From an uncultured Nitrospiraceae bacterium (GTDB lineage: Bacteria; Nitrospirota; Thermodesulfovibrionia; Thermodesulfovibrionales; Dissulfurispiraceae), in assembly GCA_963727805.1 (NCBI GenBank), contig CAVSHF010000003.1, positions 1,568,001 through 1,632,000 on the forward strand: a stretch of DNA of 64,000 nt, read 5' to 3'. Shown here piece after piece: positions 32,926 to 44,000 of the stretch (its first letter is position 1; the number at the start of each line of letters is the position of its first letter). Below the pieces are notes generated by a model. The model made no database searches. It saw nothing but the letters and a program-made list of their open reading frames with translations, and was not told where the DNA came from. The position numbers were made by a program, and so were the translations under genes.

Positions 32926-34722
32926 TTAGTCCTCTTCCATCTTGAGGATGAAATCATCCATAAAAACATTCACGTCGGCATTCATATCTTTTATTTTGCT
33001 TGTAATGTAACTGCTGGCAAACAGTGCCGGGATAGCAACCAGGAGGCCCGCCATCGTGCAGGCAAGTGCGGAGGCGACGCCCGGTGCAATGGCCGTAAGA
33101 TTCGCTTCTCCGGCTTCCGCCAGCCCTGCAAAGGTGTTCATAACTCCCCAGACCGTACCCAGCAGACCGAGAAACGGCGCACCTGCGACGCTCATATTCA
33201 AAATGACCATACCTGCTGACAGCTTTCTGCTTTCATACATGGCCTCCTTCTCGAGGGCTGCCTTGAAACTGTTCATAACCCTGTCGGAAAGCCCGTCTCC
33301 TACTTTGCATTGTCCACCTTTCCTCTTCATGCAAATATTCAATTCCTCGCAACCTGCTTTATAGACCCTATAGAGCGACGATGTTGTAAAATCCTCCTCT
33401 TTTTCGAACAGGGCCATAGGATTCTCAAGACTGCGAAAGGACTCTGAAAAAACTTCGTTTCCCTTTCTGGACTGTCGGAGCATTACGACCTTCTGCTTCA
33501 AAATATACAGGGACGTACACCCCATTAGGAACAGGAACCCTATTATCAGCCATCCATCGAGAGTGATAGTCCGGATAATGACCTTCATGAGCTGGATAGT
33601 CAGTGATTCGCCGCCGCTTCCACCACCGGACTCTTCCTCAAGAACTGAGGTTAGGACGCCGTCAGGTCCCTGGCTCTGGACCGCCTCTTTCAGCCAGGCG
33701 GCCGATCTGACGGTATTAGATAACTCAACCTCATCTAGGTCGCCTGTGAAAATATTGCCGCCTTTCGCGGATGCACCGATAATAATGTCGGCGGAGGGCG
33801 CCGGGACAGTCGCCTTGATCTTGAGTGATGCAGCCTCATTACCGTCGATATACAAGGTGACTTGCTTGTCCGGTTCAACTGTCACTGCAAGATTATACCA
33901 GCGCGTGGGTTTTAATGCCGACGTTTTCGGGGTAGTCATCACATGCCCTTTCCCCGTGCTGAGCGAACAATATGCCTTTGCCTCGTCAAGGCCGATCACT
34001 ATGGAATGGCTCCCATCGTCCCAAGAAAAAATATGATCATTGCCTAAGGACTGGTTGAAACGGATCCAGGAGGAGAAGGTAAACCCTTTGGCAAAATTAA
34101 GTGATGTCGCCCTTGCAATCGTCATCTGCTGGCCTGAACCCCCAAACTGGGCGCCGTTGCCTACTACCGCCGGCAGACCTAGCTTGCCCGAAAAAGAAGC
34201 CGCATGGTTGCCATAAGCCGTCGCATCCTTTGGATTGCCGTCTTTCTCCCCAAAGTGGTAGACTGCCACTTGGTTGACATCATACGTGCCGCCACTCTCC
34301 TGACCATCCGGTGCAGCAGGGTTGCCGTAATACATCCAGATGGAATCCTGATTAGCCCCACCGGTTATCCGGGGAACCTTGACCCATACCAGCGCAATCT
34401 CCTCCTTAGCATCGAACTTCTCTATGTGATACTTAAGAGGGGACTTGTCGTCGGCGCTGACAAACCGCAGATCCGCCCCGTCAGACTTGGCATTGGAAAA
34501 TGTGAAATTGCCCGTATGCAAACGTACGAGCACCGGCACGTCGGTGAGGTTTTCCTTGATATCGGCAGCCTTGGGCGAGGCATCAAACTGGACCTTCTTC
34601 CGTTGTTTCCACTTTCCGTCCCACCAGGCATGCGCACTCGGAACTGGCACACTCATGAAGAAGACTAATCCCATGATCGCCACTACAATCTTTGTTAAAA
34701 AATTTCGCCCGTTTATTTGCAC
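32926..34722 (-). CDS. DUF2341 + LamG-like + MotA/TolQ/ExbB fusion protein
   Basis: WWDGKWKQRK, DGADLRFV, IWMYYGN (DUF2341); FTGDLDEV (LamG); APFLGLLGTVWGVM...IAPGVASAL (ExbB). Confidence 0.88.
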   Translation of the reverse strand: MQINGRNFLTKIVVAIMGLVFFMSVPVPSAHAWWDGKWKQRKKVQFDASPKAADIKENLTDVPVLVRLHTGNFTFSNAKSDGADLRFVSADDKSPLKYHIEKFDAKEEIALVWVKVPRITGGANQDSIWMYYGNPAAPDGQESGGTYDVNQVAVYHFGEKDGNPKDATAYGNHAASFSGKLGLPAVVGNGAQFGGSGQQMTIARATSLNFAKGFTFSSWIRFNQSLGNDHIFSWDDGSHSIVIGLDEAKAYCSLSTGKGHVMTTPKTSALKPTRWYNLAVTVEPDKQVTLYIDGNEAASLKIKATVPAPSADIIIGASAKGGNIFTGDLDEVELSNTVRSAAWLKEAVQSQGPDGVLTSVLEEESGGGSGGESLTIQLMKVIIRTITLDGWLIIGFLFLMGCTSLYILKQKVVMLRQSRKGNEVFSESFRSLENPMALFEKEEDFTTSSLYRVYKAGCEELNICMKRKGGQCKVGDGLSDRVMNSFKAALEKEAMYESRKLSAGMVILNMSVAGAPFLGLLGTVWGVMNTFAGLAEAGEANLTAIAPGVASALACTMAGLLVAIPALFASSYITSKIKDMNADVNVFMDDFILKMEED

Positions 34723-34783
34723 GATCTTTCTTTCTGCCTCCCTTGCCTAAAATACAGAATAGCAAACACTAAATGAATGGCTT

Positions 34784-34818
34784 ATTTTACAACTTCATTT
34801 GTTACAGCAATATTACGC
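34784..34818 (-). promoter_or_regulatory. Pho-box-like promoter of the exbB-exbD-tonB genes
   Basis: GCGTAAT-ATTG-CTGTAAC-n11-TAAAAT. Confidence 0.55.
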
Positions 34819-35030
34819 AACCCTGACTTCCACAAACCCTTGCATTACTTACCTAACAAATACCGCGTTCTATTTGTTCTATATAGTTTGTAAGATAATG
34901 TGTCTGCTTAGTTCAATAACTCGGGCAACAATAACTGAAGCCGGATCAACTAAGGCAGGAAGAGTTATAAGACACGTATTCAGAATGAGCGTCTTCAAGA
35001 GAATTCCCCCGGCAATTGCGGATTGTCAGG

Positions 35031-38000
35031 TTAGAATTGAGATTGCGAGCCCGAATCCTGACTGTCCAGAATAAAATCGATGACCTTTACGTCAAGCCAC
35101 TTCATCAGTGTATCATCTATCATCTGGTCTGTCTGTGCCTTTCTTCCGCCAATAGCACCGCTTGCATCACTCATTGCCTGACTGCTCTGGGTCGCGCTAT
35201 TCGTACCCGACAGAGCACCGATTGAAGTCGATGCCGATGCTGTCTGTGGCACTCCGGCAACGATACCGGAGGCGACAATGTTGCTTGCATTCACTACACC
35301 GACTTCAGCCCCTATAAAAATATTTCCTCCGGCAATCCCAGCCTCTCCGGCATCGATTATGCCTTTAGCATAAAGATGGATATCACCGGGCAAAGCGTAT
35401 CCGTAGGTCACAGCCCTGATTCCGCTTCCAATGGAAGGAGCAGAAAACTTACCGTTACTGGGTGGAGACGCGCTGACCGTAGTCTTCGACCCTCTGCCAG
35501 CATTGATGCTTCCGGTGTCGCTCCATACTGTTATATCGCCGCCGTCAAAAGTCATCAGCCGCGATTCCTGAACGTTGACATCCTTAACGGCAAATATGTT
35601 GATAGCGCCTCCGCTGCCAGTAGCAATACCGTTTGTCGGGCTTATTGTGGCGGTTGCGCTGGGTATGGCTGTCTTGCCCAGGTTCAGGGTGCCGGCGGCA
35701 AGAATATAGATATCGGAAGCGGTGATCGAAGTCATGATCTGGGATGACGTCATATCGATGTTGCCACTGCCCGACAAAGCCCCTTGGAAGAATGGGCCTA
35801 TGATCGCGGCCCTGGCTGTATCAATATAGCTGACATCCTTTGTCTGGCTATAGTTGTCTATGGCGCTACGCAGTGTGCTAAAGAAGCTGCTCACGTCGGT
35901 TATATTCTTATTTAATGAATATCCCGCCGCAAGGATAAGATACCCGTTATCCGCCGGAAGAGCATTATTGGTGCCGTTTCCGTTCATTTGGATCCCGTTT
36001 TGCAATGACCCCAGATCGATTGATCCTCCAGCCTCTACCATGAAGCCCCCAGGTCCGCTCTGAAGAATACCCGATGCTGCCAAAGAATTTGCGCTGTTCT
36101 GATTTGCCAAGGCGTGAGGAATTGCAATATTGCCATTTGCTCTAATCCAAGATACGTCTTGATTACTAATGTTCTGGCCCGTATACACAAAATTGTTGAT
36201 ATCCCCACCGGCGGTTATCTCCGCCTGTTTAGGCAAATAAAGGTCCAGGTACTGAATGTTTCCGCCTGCACTGATCAATATTGGCTGATCATCGTTCTGG
36301 TGCAGGATATACCCTATATTCGCAATTTGGTCCCTAGCCTTATAATAGCCATGGGCTGTTTCGTCACCAGTGAACTGACCAATATAAGTATCGTTGCCTT
36401 CCGCGTTGAAAAGCACGCTGGCGTATGTAGGATTAATGTGAGTTTCAACTTGGTACGATGCCGTAATGAAGGTGCCGTACCAATAACTGGGAGGGAGATC
36501 GGACATCACAATTTTAGTCTGATAAAGTGTTGAACCGGTGATAGTGCCACCGGCAGAAAGGTTCAGGTTCCCCAAAGGTGACGACGCAAGCAATAATGAA
36601 TCAGTTAACAGATATATATTGCCGCCCATTGCGTCTATCTTCACGCTGGCGGGCAGGACACTCTCGACTTGTGTTGCTAGATAGTTTGAACCACCCAGAG
36701 TTTGTCCGCGGTACGCAACATCATAAATAGGCGAATGAGCAGTATACGTCACATCGTTGCCAGCCATCAGACTAATGCTCGAATCCTCAGAGTACGTGCA
36801 ACCTATAACAGCAGATCTCGATATAGTAGTACCCAATACCTTAGGAACGTCCAGTTTGTTGCTGGCAAGGGTCGGATTCACCACAGCCCCCACAAGGGCA
36901 TCCCCTGCCGCAGTTACGGAAAATTTGCTGCCCAGGAGTTCGATCTGTGGGGTCTCAGCGGGAAGAAACTGGTTCAATCGTCCGAAGTTCCCCTTGGCAC
37001 TGAGCTGTCCCTGCCCATTAGCGTTCACAAACCGGCCAGTGATATCCCCGCCAGAATATACTACGAGGTTGCCAACACCGAATGTCCCTGTCTGGGCCAG
37101 GAAATCCCCTCCGGTAAAGATTCGGACATTGCCCCCAGCCATAGTTACAATGCCTGCCGTGCCGTTAACATAGTCGGCAGTGAATTTAGTATCATACCCC
37201 GCTAACAAAATACTGTTTTGGATATTTGTGCCACCGCGAGCTAGACTTTGTTGTTTTACAGGCACGGTGAATATTGTGAAATCGTCCCATTGGTAATTGC
37301 TGGAACTGCCGATGGCTGTCGCCCATTGGCTATGTACTTGGTCATATGTTCCCGCATTGCCTCCCACACTTATATTGATATCGCCACCGCTCTGATACCT
37401 CCAGTAGTATTGTGCGGCACTGCTAAGGTAAGAGACTGACAGGTTAGTGCCTCTGCTTGTTGCCGACGCGAGCAGCGTGCAGCCGTTCGGGTTGCCGCAG
37501 TTTATGGCAGCGATTGGTCTGGGAACATCACTATTAGTTTCTTGTATGACGGGTAAATTCCGCAATATGCCATTCTGCAGATTGTCCATCTTCGGATCAC
37601 TGGCGTCAACGCCGATGAGTACAGATGTGTCCAGCAATTCGCCGGTTGTGCGGATGGCTCCCAGAGTGGGAGCACTACCGATGGCGGCGATGCCAGTCTG
37701 CAATTGCAGGTCACGCCCAACATTGATATTGATAGCGCCTGTAGCTGTCTGGATAGCCCCGGTAACTACAAGGTCTCGTCCCACATCGCCCTGGATTGCA
37801 CCGCTGAAGGAAGCCAAATTATAAACCATGTTGAAAGCAGTGGTCTGTCCATTGGTAATGATAGAATTCGGATCAATCATATACCCAGGAGTATTGCCCA
37901 CGGTTTGTCCGCTGCCTGGGTTGATCGGATCGATAACCGTGTCGCGAGCAGACGAGAAACGGATAGGGGCGTTTTCAGTATAGACTACAGTATTATTGGC

Positions 38001-41000
38001 AATGGTCAGGTCCCCGTTGAGCAAGTTTCCAGCTGCTCTTGTTGTTACGGCCATATAGTTTGCGCTTTTGATGTCGGCTCCTGCCACCAGGTTAAAACCC
38101 CATGTCCTGACTAAAGGGTTAGAGACAATAGGAGCATCATTATTAATATTAGTATATGTATAAGCATCAATGAGATTCTGCTGAATATTGAGGTTCCCGG
38201 CTGCACGGAGGGTCAGCACGCCGGGGGCAGGGGCAGTGGCGCTGCCATACTTGATGTTCGACAAATCAATAATTCTATCTACAGCAATGTCGCCCTGAGT
38301 GTTAATAACTTCGATTTCGGGAAGAATATAGAAAGGATTAGTAGTGGGCACTGCACTCGTGTAATTAGTATAGAATGTTGACGCATTAGAAAGCCACGTG
38401 CTAAAAACAGTCCAGTTAGAGGAGATAGAAAAGTTACCGCTAGAATCTACCAAGTTCAAGTTAGCAACATTATAACTCTCAACGGCCTCAATATTGACCG
38501 CTTTTGCGCCCTTGATGTTCCCGCCATTCAGCTTTATATTCACATTACCGGTATCAGTACGTTGTGCCCTAATATTTACAGTTCCAACAGAAACTCCAGT
38601 TGGTCCGCCACCAACATTAATCGTCCCACCGTTGATATTGACAAAGCCCTGAGAAGAGCTCAGGGTAACGGTACCGCCCAGTGAGCCTTCAGCTGTAGAA
38701 GAGGCGTTGACCAAACCACCTGACTGAATATTTAGATCGTTCATAGCATAAAGTTCAACGTTGCCACCGCTAGCTGAAGATGCATCGATAGTGCCGCTTA
38801 CATTAATGTACCCAGTGAGATTGCCATTTGCATCCTTTGCGGCACCATCTGCCGTCAATTTGACATTGTTCGCAGTCAGCGTCTGATTGGCTACATCAAT
38901 GTTCCCTGTGCGTGTCCTAATGCCAACAGATTCTGTAAACTTGCCGACGCTGAGCATAGTGATGAGATTCGCCATTTCTGGATCCCCAATCACAGACGTA
39001 TCGATCGTAAAAGATCCGCCTTTTCCTCCATTAGGTGCTCCGTTTAATGACCCTGCAAGAGTAACTCCACCAATAGGCGCCGACACGATGATAGACCCGG
39101 AGTCGCCCTGGGCGCCTGCTGCAACGTCGATCACGGACCCCGAGTCCAGAGCAATGGAACCACTGTCGGTCTGCATGGTGACCTGACCTCCAGGAGCATT
39201 GTCGGTTCCTACCGTATCAGACGTATGGCCACTTGTGCCGCCAGCAAGTATCGCAGCCTTCCCGCCAAGGTGAATGTTGCCCATTGCATTGAAATCGACT
39301 GTGCCACCATTCGATTGTATGACCGTTCCGATATTTAAAGACATACCGTAGAATTTCAGCTCACCTCCGGAAGTAGGGCCCGTACCAGCTGCTGCGCCAG
39401 AGGGGGAAGCATTGATTGCTATATTACCGACGGGGTTCAGTACCGAACTGGCAGTATTCTGCCCGCAATGTCCCCCGCTATCGCAAAAGTAATTGTCGCC
39501 GGTATATACCACAAAATTGGTCGGCACGATAAGGTTCGTAGAAATCTTTTCAGTGCCCGTCCAGGTTTGCACGCTGCCCTGTGTGTACGATTGTGCACTT
39601 GCAGTCACAACGCGGGCTGCTGCGATATTGAGATCGGCGTTCCCCGTCGTCAGACTTCCTTTCCCAGTTAAGACCAAGTCTCCATTGCTATTGAGTGCGA
39701 TCGATTTAAAATGGGCAAACAACAAATCACTGCTTATTACGCCTGTAGTTACAGGATTGTACGCAACGCCACCGATTGAGATAGTATCAACAGCGTCGGC
39801 TGTGAATGTACCCGAATTGCTCGTATTGAGCATCTTCGCCGACGCTGTCCCCGAATTTCTTATATTGACAGCGGCAGCAGATAGCGTTACATTCGCAGCG
39901 CTTGCGCTTCCGGAAGGCCCTGCAGCCCAGTCAAAGTCGTCAATTACTGTCGCGTCTAGCGTAATACTACGCAATGTAGTGCCGTTTGTAGCCGAAAGAC
40001 TTGTCCCTTGAGGCCCCCAATTGTCCTGAAAATATATTCCGGTTGGCACCGCAGTGCCGGCCACAGCATTCAAAGAATTGCTTTGGAGGGTAATATCCGT
40101 AAATCCGAGCTGCATAAGCGTATTCCATAAATTACCGTCCAGGTAAAGACCGCCTAATGCAGGATTATTGCCCCCAACATATATAGCGGAACTCGCAATA
40201 GTAATGGCGCCGCTGATGGTACTCAGCTGCCCATTTATTATAAGATTGCCGGTATTGATGCCAAAGGTCTGGTCGGCTTGCAGCTTGGCGCCCGCATCAA
40301 TCTGTGTAATTCCACGCGACGATGTTATCAGGTCTATTTCTCCCGTACCATTCGTCTTGGCAATGAGCTGAGCACCGCCCTGCACTTCTATCTGTTGTTG
40401 CGCAGCTAGTTTTATGACCCCGGCCTGCAGCAACGACCCCGCAAGGATTGTTACATACTTGGTATTCTTCCCGTTATTATTAGTCGGATCGCTGGCATCA
40501 ATATACCCTAAATCTATTTCCTGGAACCCGTTTTCTGAAAGACTCTTGTCAGACACGATCATGTATTGCTTCGAGCCCGGCACAGAGGGGTCATCCGGGA
40601 TACGGCTGTCGTTGAAATGAAAATCCGCAGGCAGTGATGAAGAAAAATTCGCTGAAGGCTCAACATAGACACTGCCATTACTTGAGCTGAGTGTAATTTT
40701 CCCGCCGCTAAAGCCTGCAAGAGGAGCTGCAGATAAGGCGCCATTTATAATAACCGTCTTCGCATTAGTGCCAAATGTGATGCTTCCTCCATCGCCCGAA
40801 ACCAGAGGGTTAGCGCCCGATGTCAAAGAATTGGTAGATGTTGCCGAAGGCGGCACAAGATAATTTCCCTCCTGGGCCAGCACATCAGCAGCTGACCTCA
40901 CACTGAAAACGACAGGCTTAGTGCTGACTATCGACGTATCAGCTATGCTGGTCTGCCCGACGATAAGGGGATACCCGTTCGTTGATACAGCGCCATTTAC

Positions 41001-44000
41001 CGGCAACGTTGAACCCGACTGGACTTCCAGTATATACGCTCCGGGCAAAAAGGCATAACGAGCATTTTGAGCAGAACCAAGAGGGATCATAGAGTAGTAA
41101 CCAGCAGCGAGTCCTCCAACACCTGATGGGAAATAGACCTCCGTTCCCGGCTGCTGAAACCCATTGTCCTTAAAAACAACATAGCGGTTGGTCTTAAGTA
41201 AAGGATCGTTAGTCCCGTTGAGGCCGGCCTGGAACTGAGCAGCATAGAGCGACCCGCCACCCTGCACGTCGACCTTTGCATCAGACATTATAATGGTTTT
41301 TCCTGCATTGAAAGTGACGCCTTTGGAGATCTGTTGGTACGGCGTTGCATTGCCGGAGCAGTTGCCGCCGTCACTGCAAAGAATTGCGTTGATAAGTGTA
41401 GGATCCATTTGGTACTGTGTAGCTTCTCTGGAAATATCACTGGCAGGCTTATATGGATCGACCCAGGCCCACTGACCATTGGAATCAACGACACCGTATT
41501 GGATCGGGATGATGCCGCTTGTCGTTAACAGAGAGCCAGCTCCAAGATAGATCATCTGGTCCGTGCCGGCGTTAAGCGTGATAGTCCCCATAGGGGCAGC
41601 CAGAGTTCCTCCCTCTATATCGATCCCGCCCTTGTCGGAGGTAACAGTCAGAGCTCCGGCGGCCGAATAGATAGGTCCTCCAACCGGCGTTTTGCTGGGC
41701 ATTATCTTGATGTCATTTGCGGCCTCGATAGTAAAGATTGAGTACACGCCTGGACACCATGTGATCGTCCCTGCCGCGGTACGCTCATACACATCGCCGG
41801 GATATATACGGTCGGCGGACAACGTCAGACTGCCGCCGGTGAATAATTGCCCAATCGTAGAAACACCCGAAGGCAATCCGACATAATTTACTGAGTTCAA
41901 GCGAATGTCCCGTGCCGCATCAAGCATGACATTACGAAAACCGCTGAACTGTACGCTGCCGATGACATCAATCCATCCAGTACTGGTGAGAGAAATGTCA
42001 GCTGTTGGGGAAGCTGTTGTCATATTCAATGTTGTCGGCAGATCCGTATTGGCCAAGACTATCCACGGTGCCTGAAGCGCTACGCTGCCCGCTCCCTCGA
42101 TAACATGGGCGTCGAGCGTCAGCTTCCTTCCCACAGTTGCACTCATGGCGTTTAGTGTCAGCGTGCCACGACTGACAAGAGAGATATCATCAAAGCCGGA
42201 TGTTGTATATCGCTGCATATCGATGCCACTTACGTCCATGTCGGTAAGATTAGTGATAGAGAGTTTTCCGCCCTGCAAGCCTGCCATCTTAGGATGAGCA
42301 TTAATTGTAGCTGTCAAATTGGCCGCACCGCTCGAATCGTATGTCAGATAAATGCTGCCAGGTTGTCCGGCATTCGTATATTTATAATAGTAAGAAGCAT
42401 TCGCATTCTGGGAGGACTGTGCAATAACATTCTGGACCGGACTCGATCCTGAGATATCAATGAACGACCCGTCGCTCATTGTCAGTGTCCCAGTCGTAAT
42501 GGAAACCGTTCCACCGTTAACCGGGATATAGTTTACGGGAAACCCCTTCAGCGGGGATGACCGATCAGGCTGGTTGTACCCCCCGGCCAATATACTGGCG
42601 CTGCTTCCAATCCGAAGGCTTCCGTTCACTGTCATAGTGATGTTTCCACTCAGCGATTCCAGAGTACCGTCAATATCTAGGTTATCAGGTGAAGCAAGTG
42701 TAATTGTTGAAGGTATGCTTGACGACGCTGGAGTGGGAGTTGTGCGTATAACAACTCCTGAAGAAACCGTTAGTTTCGCAGCAGGATTTCCCAATTTCCC
42801 GTATGCTCGCAGATGGTTCTGATATTGCGATCCGGTCGCAGGATCAAAATAAGAACCGTCAGGGTCCTTAGAAGCAGTCGCGCTAAAGGAGGACTGACCG
42901 GCCATATATGCGGTACTATCGTCAAGTCCATTAAGTCGAATGAGGTCTGGACGGCCGGCGCTACCAACAGACTGTCCGGTACCGAAGGCCGAGCCGCTCT
43001 GCCCGGTAGACAACGGATTATTCAGTCTCACCATGGATGGGGCAATGGTCGTGTTAGGATCTATAATAACAAATCCACCTGCATTAAGCGTGATCCTGGT
43101 AAAGCCCGCATCATCAAACCGGTTACCGGCAAGAAAGAATGTTACTGCGTTTGGATCCTGCATGTCCTGAGGAAGCGGCAAATACGCGCCAAAATCAGAC
43201 CGCTCAGCAGGCGTTGTTGTTGTCACCTCAATATTATGAGATTGCAGCGTTATAGATCCTCCCAAATACTTTCCTGTTGTATCGGCCAAGGCGTATCCAC
43301 GCAGATCGCCGTCAAGCATTAAAGTGTATCCCTGGATGGCCAAGTTTCCTGCATTGCCGCCAGTTACCTTGTACTTGGGGCTTATAATGTAGCCACCGCT
43401 AACATCAACAACAGCCCCGCTCTCTATAAAGACTCCTGCGCCAGCATCTGTTTCGTCCTTGATAGCTATGTTCCCACCGCTGATCTGTCCGGAACTCACG
43501 ATAGCTTTGTTTCCGTTTCCGGCCGGACTGTTATCGATCTTTTGCCCGGATACATCCAGAACGCTCCTCCCGCCGAGAATGATTCGCTGATCAGGCGGAT
43601 TGCTCGCACCATTCTCCCCAATGATCAAAGAAATAGAACCGGAGGGGACTGTAATGTCCCCTTGGTGTTCAATCCTGCGGGCTTCGGCTGAAAAACTACC
43701 GCCAGGCTGCAGATTAATACTTACGTTCGGCGCTGTCATGATGGTCGATAACGCCAGAAGATTAATCGTCCCGAGTTTAGCTTCGTTCAGAGTCCCAGCG
43801 GAAATTATGGTGGTACCTGAACTCAGTTGTGCAGCGATCGACGTTTCTGAAGCATCCGGAACAATGGAAATCGAAGTTGGCGCATATACTGAAGTCAGAC
43901 TCTGACTACCGATCGTCAATGTTCCAGAATGAGGAACCTCAAGTCCGCGAATCCATGAACACATCAAATCGTCATTGTCTGAAATCGGAGATGTTGAGGG